Source of the DNA: Candidatus Poribacteria bacterium
Lineage (GTDB): Bacteria > Poribacteria > WGA-4E > WGA-3G
DNA length: 64,000 bases
Reading direction: 5' to 3'
Assembly: GCA_965215265.1 (NCBI GenBank)
Contig: OZ244048.1
Location: 1,120,001-1,184,000 of the forward strand
Position numbers and translations under genes: made by a program. Below, in pieces: positions 9,932 through 20,500 of the stretch (position 1 is the first letter of the stretch; every line of letters starts with the position of its first letter). The notes below the pieces were generated by a model. The model worked only from the letters and a program-made list of their open reading frames with translations. It ran no database searches and had not been told where the DNA came from.

Positions 9932-10753
9932 TTATCTTTCTTCATGCACTTGAAACCGATATATCTCTTTGGTTTCCTCTGGCAGGGTCGTCCATATCTC
10001 TTCTGAAATCCTTGCATTGAAGATGTTTGGAGCATCAGGGAGATGATGAAAGCGTCGAAAATAGACGAGGGCAAGCATGGGCCGTACGATTTGTGTGCGA
10101 TTGGGCATCGCTCTGTGCCAGCACCGCATATCCCGTACGACAATTGAGCCAGCGGGCATCTCTAACTGAAAGGAGGGGAGTGTCGCTGCGCGTTCCTCTT
10201 TACAGACGTTATATGGACTGTTGCGTACCGCGGTGTCATCAACGATGAGATGCGAACCCGGCCACACCTCGGTTGCGCCGTTTTCCACTGTAAAATCGAC
10301 AAGGGGAATGTTAACAACGATTGTTGAGACGGGTAGGGCGAACGGCAGTTCCGGGAAGAGTTGCCCTGAGTCTCGGTGGATCCACTGCGTCTCGGAGCCT
10401 GGTACTGTTGTATTGCATCCGTATGGCAGATATGCGAAGATTTTCTCGCCCATTGCCGCTTTGAGCATCGGCATCGCAAACGGGTTGTCGATGATCTGTG
10501 CATCCATGAACGGCATTTTAAGCATAGGGTGCTCGCCGTTTTCCGATTCTCTGTTACCATCAAGCACGGCTTGCATCGCAATGTTAACCTCTTCTATCCA
10601 TTCACGTGGGAGGACGTTTTCAATGACAACTAAGCCGGTTTCGCGTAAGAGGCGCGTGGCGGTGTCAAGGCTTTCTGGGGTGAATTTTTCTTCAGTCCGT
10701 TCTTGCACTGAAAGTTCTAGCTTAGGAATATTTACCGTTTTTCCGCTTGTCAT
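9932..10753 (-). CDS. Phytanoyl-CoA dioxygenase (PhyH) family Fe(II)/2OG oxygenase
   Basis: QWIHRD, NIPLVDFTVENGATEVWPGSH, WHRAMPN. Confidence 0.9.
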   Translation of the reverse strand: MTSGKTVNIPKLELSVQERTEEKFTPESLDTATRLLRETGLVVIENVLPREWIEEVNIAMQAVLDGNRESENGEHPMLKMPFMDAQIIDNPFAMPMLKAAMGEKIFAYLPYGCNTTVPGSETQWIHRDSGQLFPELPFALPVSTIVVNIPLVDFTVENGATEVWPGSHLIVDDTAVRNSPYNVCKEERAATLPSFQLEMPAGSIVVRDMRCWHRAMPNRTQIVRPMLALVYFRRFHHLPDAPNIFNARISEEIWTTLPEETKEIYRFQVHEER

Positions 10754-10941
10754 CTGCTAAAGTTTCCTTTCTGATTCTTCCTTGCTGGTGAGATGAGGAC
10801 AGGCCCTTCATGCCAGATGTACGTTGACGAAGAATCAAGTTGTGTTGACGTACCCTGGTTAAGCTGACTCTGGCGATATAGGGACAGAGGAGTTGGGCGG
10901 GTGGGAGCCAGCCGAGCCTAATCCCTTTAATCAGCGAAGAA

Positions 10942-11994
10942 TTACTTCGGTATAATCCGAAAAATCCAGGCACGCGTTCCGCGTACATCCACTGCGAACC
11001 GTTGTGCAGCCTTTAACGTTTGATGTCGTTTGAGCAAGGTCTCCAGCAGTTGACGTTGGGAGGTAAGCAACACGATACATCCGCGCGGCTTCAGTACGGT
11101 CGCAAATTGGCGGAAACAGTGCCGGTATAGATTCATCAGCTGTGAAGCGTTTCCATGTGTGAGACCGAATGGCAAATTACAAACGATTTTATCAACCGTT
11201 TGTGCACGAAGCGGTAAGTTACATGCATCCCATTGAAAAAATTGGCGCGGGCGATGCTTACGTCCAAAATTCGTCTGTGTAGCGGCTAACGCGTCTGTGG
11301 AAATGTCGCCCCCGATGAGGTAGCGGTAACGTCCAAGTGATGCGCGTTCAAGCAGAATTGTCCCGGCCCCGCACATCGCATCTAAAAACACGTCGTTTGG
11401 ATGCGGTTGCGAGAGTTTCACCATGCTGTAAGCGAGGGTCGGTTTAAGCGAGGCTGGAATGTGTGCCTGTTTATACGAACGCTGCGCCATTTCGATCGGT
11501 GAAAGTCGGATGCTAAGATAGCCGTCGTCTCCATGAATTTCTGCCCAAAAGTCTAAAAGGGGCTGTGCATGAGTCAAATGCCAACCCCGTGCCTGTAATG
11601 CTCTTTCAACCACACGCTGCAGGTCTAGTCTCCGGAAATTCCTTTGCCCAGAGAGCCTGCTGGTCACCCGAAACATAACCCGTTTCCCAATTCGTATGCC
11701 GGCTTTTCGACAGCACGTGAAGGTCTCACTGAAGTTGAACCGGGCTAAGGAAGTGCTGAGTGCCGTTAGTGAACGACGAGAACGCGTCATCCGGGGAAAG
11801 CGTCTAAGGACAAGAAATAGATGTTCCGCAGTCCGCATCGATAGTAGTTCACTCGGTTCTCCTGTATAGTGGAAGAAGATCCGCTGAGGTTTCGGCCCAA
11901 GAATCTTCAGTTTTCCTGTATCCCCAAAACGTTCTGTGAGCTCTTGGTGTGCGATTTTTTCTAAGCCTGCAGTAACAATAATAGAATAAAGCAT
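10942..11994 (-). CDS. THUMP-domain SAM-dependent RNA methyltransferase (Trm14/TrmN-like)
   Basis: ASLKPTLA, LDAMCGAGTILLE, GGDIS, VCNLPFG. Confidence 0.85.
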   Translation of the reverse strand: MLYSIIVTAGLEKIAHQELTERFGDTGKLKILGPKPQRIFFHYTGEPSELLSMRTAEHLFLVLRRFPRMTRSRRSLTALSTSLARFNFSETFTCCRKAGIRIGKRVMFRVTSRLSGQRNFRRLDLQRVVERALQARGWHLTHAQPLLDFWAEIHGDDGYLSIRLSPIEMAQRSYKQAHIPASLKPTLAYSMVKLSQPHPNDVFLDAMCGAGTILLERASLGRYRYLIGGDISTDALAATQTNFGRKHRPRQFFQWDACNLPLRAQTVDKIVCNLPFGLTHGNASQLMNLYRHCFRQFATVLKPRGCIVLLTSQRQLLETLLKRHQTLKAAQRFAVDVRGTRAWIFRIIPK

Positions 11995-12042
11995 CTGTTT
12001 CTCAAATTTTTGTCTTCAAGACAAGTGCTGATAGACGGGGAA

Positions 12043-12085
12043 GGTTGGGGATTCATCCCCGCTTGCGGAGAGAACTTCCCCAACC
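12043..12085 (+). repeat. Hairpin repeat family B, copy 2
   Basis: ggttggggattcatccccgc-tt-gcggagagaacttccccaacc. Confidence 0.78.
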
Positions 12086-12165
12086 GCCGATATGAGATAC
12101 GCAACGACCTCACAAACCTTACGTTTCTTAATGTTTCTTATTTTAAAGGGCGCTCTGTTGTATTC

Positions 12166-14448
12166 CTAAGGTTCTGGCCAATTCAAATGGCGATGTAGGA
12201 ACCGGAATGTGGCTTCGGCGTTAATCATGTGCCCGCCGTTAAAGAATTCGATCTCCGTTTTCTCGGGGATGCCCAATTTAACGTAGAGCCTGCGTACGAC
12301 AGCGTATTCGTGTGCGACCCATTCATCAGGAGCAACGCCATCATCGTGTCCGCGTTCTACCATAAACGGACGCGGTGCGATGAGTGCTGCCATTTCTCCG
12401 TAGTTAAAGGTATTGCCTAAGTCAAATTCGGGCATCTCATATTCACCGGTGAACATGTAGCTATACCGCGAATCAAAGGTAGCATTTTTGACGATCCATT
12501 CGTTGAAATCTGCGGAGCAGATGGAACATGCGTAGCCCGCAAGAAGGGCAGGTACCCGCATCGCTGTTTTTCCACCGTAAGAGAGCCCATAAAAACCGAT
12601 TCTGTCGGCATCCACAAAGGGTTGTTCCGCGAGCCAGTCCAAAGTCCGCTCGTGTTGACGGATAATTAAAGAAAACAGAGACCATTTCAGTGGGTTGGCT
12701 TTGCGTTGGATGACGCGGAAGGCATCGGCCCCGATGTACGGGTTTTGTGGAGCATAGACGATAAACCCTCTGTCGGCGAGCTGCGCTGCGTAAGAATGAT
12801 AGACGGATTCTATCCGAGGATCGGCTGTATCTTGTGGTCTTCCTTCTAAGCCGTGTTGGCAGACGACAACAGGACGTTGTTCATCTTCCTGGAGCCCTTT
12901 CGGAAGTAATAATATGCCGTATGCAAACACGCCTTTCCATACGTCAAGTACCACCTCATACCCTTTCCAATGGGGTTCATCATAAAGTAGCCGGGTTCTG
13001 GGATTCACTTGTACATCCGGAGGTGGGCACCGCCCGATGACTTCATCCCAGAAGTACCTTTTTGCATCGGTGCAGCTTTCTTGCCACCGGAGAATTGAAG
13101 TGGTATCGGTATTATTCCAGAAGAATTTTTGTCTGTGCGCTGCGGCTTCCCGCAAAAACCGTTGTGTCACATTCACGAGCTGCATAAATTGGCGGTGGTG
13201 CCGTGCATCTTCGTCAAAAGCGTTATGTGAACTGTTCTGGTGGTGTGTCGGTGTGATGCTCGTCTGATCGATATTCGCGTTTTCAACGTCGAGTGCGTTG
13301 AGCAAGATAGTTAACGTCTCATCGGCACCGGGTAATGGGTTTTGAGGTAATATAAGGCGGAGTGCATCCTCAGTTCCGAGTTTTAGGTAAAAGTGCTGCG
13401 CTCGGTTGATTTCTGCTTTCACAGAATCCAGGGGTGGTGAAACGAGTTGCCCTGGTGCCGCGCCTCCTCTACCGGAGCGGACTGGTGGAGGTCCGGCGAC
13501 TTCTGGACCGCGGCTGGCTTCAATAATTAATGGACGCGGTGCGATGAGACTCGCGATTTCAGCGTCCCCAAATTCGTGGAGGAGCCCCCAGACGTTTCGA
13601 TAGATGGGCTCTTGCCATACTGCCTCCCGCGACTCAAAATAGCCGCTTACTGCTGTGGTTTTAATTCGTGTATCCGCTGCTGCGCTATAGAGGGCAATCA
13701 ACCCACCTTCACCGTAACCGATGATGCCGATGCTATCGTCAGCAAGTGACATCCAGTCGACTAACGCCCTCACTTTCTGTACTTCGTAGCCGATGATGTG
13801 CCTTCCCAATTCAAACGCCATCCGGTAGATAAATTCGCGATGGGGTTGGTTTGTCATCGCCCCAAGCGTTGGATTCCCTGAAGAGGTATCCGCACGGTTA
13901 ATTAAGAGTGGGACGACAACGCGACATCCGGCCTCTGCCAAACGTCGTGCAAACTGGGCGCGTGTAGGAAGTTCCTTCGTGATACCGGCGATTGCCTCTG
14001 GTGTACAATCCGCATCGGGCAGCGCGATGATTTGGGCAATAGGTTCTTTTGCCGGCTCCAAGAGCAGTCCTTCACCCTCTACATCGTCAAAAACAGTCCA
14101 TCGGACACGGTAGACACTATAATTCTCCGATTTTTTTATATGCACAGACGGTGAAATAGAACTTGTGAGCGTATCAGGCTGCGGTTTCGTCGCTACCGCT
14201 ACATAGGTAAGTGACGCAATCGGGACTCTCTCATCGATGCATCCGATTCGTTTTATGAAGCGGTATCTGTTTGGTTCAACAGATGCTTGATATGCGCGAT
14301 GGGAACTGTAATCCCGATGCCACAATGCCTCGCGTTGCACAATTGATGCCGCAGTTGCTTGTGTTACATAGGCATTCAGTCCCTCAACCATTTGTGAAGC
14401 CAGGTCACCTTCTGTAGTTAAGCGTTTTGTCCCAGATAAAAAGTCCAT
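12166..14448 (-). CDS. Tandem alpha/beta hydrolase (dienelactone hydrolase/acetyl esterase-like)
   Basis: Two hydrolase modules: GYGEGG (degenerate) and GLSYGG nucleophile elbow, VVVCQHG, C-terminal FNGGH. Confidence 0.75.
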   Translation of the reverse strand: MDFLSGTKRLTTEGDLASQMVEGLNAYVTQATAASIVQREALWHRDYSSHRAYQASVEPNRYRFIKRIGCIDERVPIASLTYVAVATKPQPDTLTSSISPSVHIKKSENYSVYRVRWTVFDDVEGEGLLLEPAKEPIAQIIALPDADCTPEAIAGITKELPTRAQFARRLAEAGCRVVVPLLINRADTSSGNPTLGAMTNQPHREFIYRMAFELGRHIIGYEVQKVRALVDWMSLADDSIGIIGYGEGGLIALYSAAADTRIKTTAVSGYFESREAVWQEPIYRNVWGLLHEFGDAEIASLIAPRPLIIEASRGPEVAGPPPVRSGRGGAAPGQLVSPPLDSVKAEINRAQHFYLKLGTEDALRLILPQNPLPGADETLTILLNALDVENANIDQTSITPTHHQNSSHNAFDEDARHHRQFMQLVNVTQRFLREAAAHRQKFFWNNTDTTSILRWQESCTDAKRYFWDEVIGRCPPPDVQVNPRTRLLYDEPHWKGYEVVLDVWKGVFAYGILLLPKGLQEDEQRPVVVCQHGLEGRPQDTADPRIESVYHSYAAQLADRGFIVYAPQNPYIGADAFRVIQRKANPLKWSLFSLIIRQHERTLDWLAEQPFVDADRIGFYGLSYGGKTAMRVPALLAGYACSICSADFNEWIVKNATFDSRYSYMFTGEYEMPEFDLGNTFNYGEMAALIAPRPFMVERGHDDGVAPDEWVAHEYAVVRRLYVKLGIPEKTEIEFFNGGHMINAEATFRFLHRHLNWPEP

Positions 14449-14467
14449 TTCTTATCCCCTGTCTATA

Positions 14468-14488
14468 GATTACCTTTTACCTGCCAAT
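14468..14488 (+). repeat. Partial family A copy (right arm)
   Basis: gattaccttttacctgccaat is identical over 21 bp to 4151-4171. Confidence 0.75.
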
Positions 14489-14535
14489 TTTTGACGAGAA
14501 CCGGACAGGCTGCATCGGTTCTATTTATGGGCCTA

Positions 14536-15723
14536 CTAAACCGAGCCCTCCGCTTTTAACGCCGTGACTTCATCATCTGATAGACCCAAGACTGCTGTCA
14601 AGACCTCGTTCGTGTGTTCACCGAGGTTTGGTGCAGGCGAATCGACGGAAGCGGGCGTTTCAGAGAGCTTGATGGGTACTCCCGGCACTTCAACGACACC
14701 GGTAATACGGTGTGCTACCTGAGTTATCATCTCGCGTGCTTGCACCTGGGGATGCGTAACCACCTTATCCATTGCATTGATGGGACCACATGGAACCCCG
14801 ATGTTACCGAGAGCCTGAACCCATTGCTCTGTTGTCCGCTGCTGCAGAATCTCTGAGAGAATTGGTGACAGTTGGCTGTGATTTTCCGTCCGGTCAGCGT
14901 TCGTGCGAAAAAGCGGATTTGAGATGAGTTCTTGCCGCATGACATGCTCACAAAACTTTTTCCATAGGGTATCGTTTCCGATGGCGATAATAACATAGCT
15001 ATCTGCGGAGGCGAATGCTTCAAATGGGGTTATGGCTGGGTGCCGGGTTCCGAGCGGCTGTGGAACGTCTCCTGTTGCGAAATAACGAACAACTGCATTC
15101 TCTAACACGGCGACGAGGCTATCCAACATAGCGACATCCACAAGTTGTCCTTTTCCAGTCTGGTTTCGGTGATGGAGCGCGGACAGAATTCCGATTGTCG
15201 TGAAGAGTGCTGCGGTAATGTCGCTAATTGAGGTACCTACGCGCACCGGCGCGCCCTCCGGTTCACCTGTGATGCTGATAATGCCACCCATACCTTGGAT
15301 AATCATATCGTACGCGCCTTGTTGTGCGTAAGGGCCTGTCTGCCCGAATCCAGAACATGCGGCATAAATCAGCGATGGGTGTGCTTTTTTGAGGGCATCA
15401 TAATCTAAACCGAGTTTTGTCATCGTTCCCGGACGGAAATTTTCGACCACAACATCGCACTTTTTGAGAAGTTGCTTGAATAGCGCATGCCCTCGTTCGC
15501 TTTTGAGATTGAGCGTCACGCTTTGCTTCCCGCGATTCACGCTCATGAAATAGAGGCTAAACCCGTTTTTGAAGGGGCCGAAATTCCGGGCTTCATCTCC
15601 CTGCCCTGGTTGTTCAATCTTAATGACTTGAGCACCCAGATCTGCGAGAAGCATGGTTGTATACGGGCCAGCGAGAACCCGGGTGAGATCTAAAACTTTT
15701 ATTCCGTTCAATGGGCTGGCCAT
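14536..15723 (-). CDS. Family III CoA transferase (CaiB/BaiF)
   Basis: PLNGIKVLDLTRVLAGP, LADLGAQVIKIE, NRGKQS, ENFRPG, SGFGQTGP; start placed at MASPL to avoid overlap with purC. Confidence 0.93.
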   Translation of the reverse strand: MASPLNGIKVLDLTRVLAGPYTTMLLADLGAQVIKIEQPGQGDEARNFGPFKNGFSLYFMSVNRGKQSVTLNLKSERGHALFKQLLKKCDVVVENFRPGTMTKLGLDYDALKKAHPSLIYAACSGFGQTGPYAQQGAYDMIIQGMGGIISITGEPEGAPVRVGTSISDITAALFTTIGILSALHHRNQTGKGQLVDVAMLDSLVAVLENAVVRYFATGDVPQPLGTRHPAITPFEAFASADSYVIIAIGNDTLWKKFCEHVMRQELISNPLFRTNADRTENHSQLSPILSEILQQRTTEQWVQALGNIGVPCGPINAMDKVVTHPQVQAREMITQVAHRITGVVEVPGVPIKLSETPASVDSPAPNLGEHTNEVLTAVLGLSDDEVTALKAEGSV

Positions 15724-15790
15724 CGCTAATTTCTCCGATGCGTTCGGCTTTTCGTTGGGAACTTCTCCCTGCAAAGCAGGGCGAATTCCT

Positions 15791-16693
15791 TTAAACTGGA
15801 GAAAGTTCTTCGCCAATAATTAATCGATATGCCTCTCGGTATTTGTCACTCGTTTTAGAGATAACGTCGTTAGGCAGTTCGGGGGCAGGTGGCTGCTTAT
15901 TCCATCCGATTTTAGAGAGATAATCCCGAACGAATTGTTTGTCAAAACTCTGTTGGGGTTTACCGGGTTGATAGTCGACTGCTGGCCAAAAACGTGATGA
16001 GTCTGGCGTGAACACTTCATCGATTAGAATCAGATCTCCGTTACATTGCCCGAATTCAAATTTGGTATCACAGAGAATGATTCCAGCGTTTTCAGCGTGC
16101 TCGCTTGCGGCTCGGAAGAGTGTAAAACTGGCATCAATGAGTCGGTTTGTGAGCACAGTGCCTACGGTATCCTGCATCTGTTGGATAGAGATGGGTTCGT
16201 CGTGTTCACCGTGTTCCGCCTTCGTTGTTGGTGTAAAGAGTAACTCTGGAAGTTTCTCCGACTCACGAAGGCCTGCTGGGAGTTTTTGCCCACAAATCTC
16301 GCCTGTCTTTTGATATGAAGCCCACCCGGAGCCTGCGAGATAGCCGCGAACGACGCACTCGACATCAATTCGTTCCGCTTTCCGGACAAGCATTGAGCGA
16401 CCTGTTAACAGTGCCTCGTCAACATGTAGCGCCTCCGGATAGTCGGAAACGTCTGAAGAAATCAGGTGGTTTGCCAGAGTAGATTCTGTGTAATTGAACC
16501 AAAATTTGGATAGCCCTGTTAGGACTCTGCCTTTGTCCGGGATGCCGTTCGGCAAGACGACATCAAAAGCGGAAATCCGGTCTGTAGAAATAATGAGGAG
16601 TTCATTCCCCAGGTCATAAAGGTCACGCACCTTGCCACGGTGCGTTGGCGTGAAGTGTGTTAAACCTGTAGATGTGAGTACGTTTTGAGCCAT
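15791..16693 (-). CDS. purC: SAICAR synthetase
   Basis: GKVRDLY, TDRISAFD, ECVVRGYLAGS, DTKFEFG, DEVFTPDSSRFW, SFDKQFVRD. Confidence 0.97.
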   Translation of the reverse strand: MAQNVLTSTGLTHFTPTHRGKVRDLYDLGNELLIISTDRISAFDVVLPNGIPDKGRVLTGLSKFWFNYTESTLANHLISSDVSDYPEALHVDEALLTGRSMLVRKAERIDVECVVRGYLAGSGWASYQKTGEICGQKLPAGLRESEKLPELLFTPTTKAEHGEHDEPISIQQMQDTVGTVLTNRLIDASFTLFRAASEHAENAGIILCDTKFEFGQCNGDLILIDEVFTPDSSRFWPAVDYQPGKPQQSFDKQFVRDYLSKIGWNKQPPAPELPNDVISKTSDKYREAYRLIIGEELSPV

Positions 16694-16908
16694 AAGTGTT
16701 TGCTCCTATTCCTATAATACCAAATTATCCCGATTCGTCTCTGTTGGCCGTTTCCGTCCACTGTCGGCTGGAGTGCAGCTCGCTTACTCATGATTGGGCC
16801 GGCCGAGGCTGCCCTAGCGAGCTCGGCACAGCAACGTTACTGCTAAAGCACTTAACCCTTTAATAGACGAACATAGGATAAGACGAAAATAACCAAATCG
16901 GTTTAAAT

Positions 16909-17496
16909 TTATTTGGTGTTATTTTGAAGCAGCCTATTGAGAATGAGTGCAGCCCTATTTTCTGAATCAATTTGGAGTGCGTTGTCAATTTCTTGTTTGG
17001 CTGTCAGATTTTCACCGAGATAGTAGTAACATGCGGCTTTGAGCGCGTACAAGTCGGCATTTGAGTCATAGTCGTGCCGAAAAAGATATTGCGTGTCAGC
17101 GTTCAAAGCATTGTCAATAGTACGGATGGCCGCGCTGAAATCGGAGGCATCCTTCTGCCGCAAATAAAGTACATTTGCGAGTCCAACCCATGCATCTGCA
17201 TTCGCGTCATCAAGTTGAACGGCGTTTTGGAACGCTTCCTGTGCAATTGGAATTGTTAAAGATAAGCTAAGATGGCTCCAGCCGACACCGTTGTGTGCAT
17301 CTGCGAGTGTGTCATCAAAATTCAGGGCGCGTTCAAAACTGAGCAGCGCTTGTGGATAGTCGCCTGCGGCATAAAAATCCCATCCGCTTTCGACATGCCT
17401 GATGGCAGTCGGCGTATCGTTATCCGTATCGCCAGAACAACTCATAAAGATGAAGAGGCATATCAGTGATGCAAATTTCATAGAGACACACTGCAT
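16909..17496 (-). CDS. TPR lipoprotein
   Basis: Hydrophobic leader ending in a Cys, followed by several TPR-like helical pairs. Confidence 0.75.
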   Translation of the reverse strand: MQCVSMKFASLICLFIFMSCSGDTDNDTPTAIRHVESGWDFYAAGDYPQALLSFERALNFDDTLADAHNGVGWSHLSLSLTIPIAQEAFQNAVQLDDANADAWVGLANVLYLRQKDASDFSAAIRTIDNALNADTQYLFRHDYDSNADLYALKAACYYYLGENLTAKQEIDNALQIDSENRAALILNRLLQNNTK

Positions 17497-17500
17497 AGGT

Positions 17501-20500
17501 TTACAAATCCTTTTTCAGGGTTGCCAAGAGGGGGCTTCGGAGTGCTAACGCCACCGCCACCGCATTTGCTATTATACCAAATCCTAAAATCAGAAGCAAG
17601 GTAATTATGAGTGAGGGCCACGGGAATGCTGGAAAATACCCTTGTGTGCCGAGGACAGAGACAAGTCCTGCCAGCGTACCGATGAGCATTCCAACAACGA
17701 GGAGGAAACTGCTCTCAACGAATAACATTCGCGACAGTAGCTGCCTCCGGAAACCGAAAGCCCTGAGGGTTGCTAACTCGCCCCGGCGTTCAATGACGTT
17801 TCTAAACAATACGAGTGCTAAACCGAAGGTGCCGAGGATAATACCGAAGCCGCCGAGGCTCTGGAATGTTGAGATATAAGCGTTTGTAACGCCTTGATAA
17901 TTGGCGAGCCGTGCTGATGCCGACGTAACATCAAATCCGTAATCCCTCAGCGTTTTTTCTAAAATTGCTGCCGTTTCTTTTCGAAATTCCGGCGGGGTTT
18001 TGATTAAAAAATAGCGATACCCGCTTTGACTCGGAAAGAGCCTGATGAAATGCGATTCCGAGATAATCAACTGGCTTTGGAAGAGGCTGTTTTGGATGGT
18101 GTGAAGGTGCAAACCGAGTGGGTTCCCGAATTCGTCTTCAATAAGCAGCGGCTCCTCCGGATTATGATGTAATACCCAACGGATTGAGTTCTCGTCAGCA
18201 AGAGCATAGACTCTATCACCCTCTTTTTTCAACTCATGCCAGTGCGAGGACCGGGGCCAGGCGGATTTCTCCAACGCGCGAGCAGAAACGCCTAAAATTT
18301 GCGGTTTCTGCGGTTGGTAGAGGTTGAGACAGCTCACATCCTCTCCCGGAAGAACTCGGAATGGGATGACTTCCGAGTTGCTGAGGAGTTGCGCGTCCCT
18401 TTCCGAGAAGCCCAATTCGAACCGCCCCGCTGACGTATTCAGACTATGGTGGAGCGGACTATCAGATTCCGCTACGAAGGTGTATTCTGTCTCCGGCGGG
18501 GCATCTTGCCGATTTACACCCACGGCGACGATGATACAACAGGCTAAGCTCACCATCACAACACAGCCTTTACTGTGCCCGGGCTGTCTCGCAGCGTTTT
18601 TGAGCGTAAAACGGAGACGACTGAAACGTTTTGCAACCTTTTGCGAGTTTAGCCACCGGCCAAACGCGCCCCATCCTAATGTGATAACCGAGGATGTATA
18701 TGCAAGCAATTGGAAAACCGGATGTTCTAACAACGATGTGCCCAAATTAGTGAAGAATCCTACTCCGAAGCCGATAGCGACTCCAATCATGCCTATAACC
18801 AGTCCCATTATAATGATTCTGCTGCGGCTTGGTAATTTGACGTTTTGAGATTTTGGTTTGTGACTTCTATCAGCAAAATCAGTTCCACCGGCGAGGAGTG
18901 AAGCGGTCTGAGAATTTCCGAGTTTCTGAACGGTCTGGTAAATCGTAAATAGAACGACAGCGAGTGCTATCGATATTCCTGTGAACAACGTACTGCCCTG
19001 CATGTGGAATGTCACAAAGGGTGTCCCAATCGCTGGCAGCCACCAAGTGCGTAAGCCATACAGCATCAGTTGTGTGTATGCAATCGCAAACGCACATCCG
19101 AGCAGGCTGCCGAGTCCTGCTATGATACCTGTTTCAATCAGGAAGCGACTGCGTATTTTGGCAAGTGGGTACCCTAGGGCACGGAGGATACCTATTTCAC
19201 GCGAACGTTGCTCAACGCCAATTTGGAAGAGCATCCGAATCAGAGAGGCGACAGACAAGATAATTAAGATACTCAGACTGCTAAACAGCATGCCAAAATC
19301 TGTTGTCCCTTCAGATGCTTGTAGTCCTGCCGCGCGCGGTGCTAAAAATTGAAATCCGATCTGTTCAGGCTGATTTTTTTTGAGAAATTCGGTTTCAAAC
19401 AGTTCCCGCGTTGCATGGCATTCAAGGTTCGGGGCAGGTTGCATCCGAATGCCGGTGAGGTTTCCGAATCTATTTTTCCAGAGACGTTGCGCGGTCTTTA
19501 GCGAAATGAATGCCTTCGGTGTTGCCCGGTATTCATCCCAATATGCCTCGTCTTTCTCGCGAATCAGTGTGTAATCAATCGGAAAAGGGGCATCCCAATT
19601 GGACATATCGGTGGTAGCGTGAATGCCTGGAAATTCGGGTATGAGGCTTGTATCTGCGGCGAGCCCATGGATTGGGGTAATCGCTTTCAATCGGAATAGT
19701 GCGGTTTGAGTGGTGTATTGTTCCGCTGCGCCGGTGCGATAATAGGAGATTTCAACGCTGTCGTCCACTTCTACACCGAGGTCCGTTGCTGCCCAGGTAT
19801 TTAGGATAATTTCATTGTCGTCAAGTGTAAAAAAGTTGCGAGATAGGTATTCTTTTTCACTCCTTTCAGGAGTGAAAAGATTACTTTTTACTCGCAACCC
19901 CACTAGGTCATGTTCTGCAGGTAGCATGCCAAGGATAGTGGAGTACGGCAGGGTTTTACCGTTAGCCGTTATGGTATTCGCGAAGTATGTCAACGTTGGG
20001 AGTGTCGGAATGCCGTTTTCTGCGGCAATCGATAGCGCGATATCGGAGAGTTGTGGCTTGATAAGGTAGTGCTGACTTTGCAAATCGAAATGGTTTTCAT
20101 GTTCATGAATTTTCAGACCGAGCACGTCTAATGTTAACGCAAACGCGTCCGGTGAAAAGGCTTCCGGCTCTGATGTAAATAGTGCGTTCACTTTGCCAGT
20201 TTGTCCGAGTGCGTTTTGCAGAACAGGGAGTGCAATAAATGCATTCAAAGGGAGACTTTGATGTGCACGAAGGCTGAACCTACCTGCATTCTGGGTGGGT
20301 ACAATGTCGCTGACAATTAAACGGAGAGTTTGGATGACTTCAGATGTTTCGCGGCGGCCGAGGAGAAATTCGGGTGAGATACCGACTGATTGTGGAAAAT
20401 GGACCAAGAGTGTGTCGCCTACCTGCACGTTCAATTCGGTTTGAAGTGCGGTATTAATAGCAATGCCTGGGAACGGTTGTCCAGAGGTGTAGGTTAGGTT

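Noticed and set aside
16700-16870. Purine, ZTP or PRPP riboswitch upstream of purC
   Set aside because: GC-rich hairpins are present, but I could not find the conserved cores of these riboswitch classes on the minus strand.
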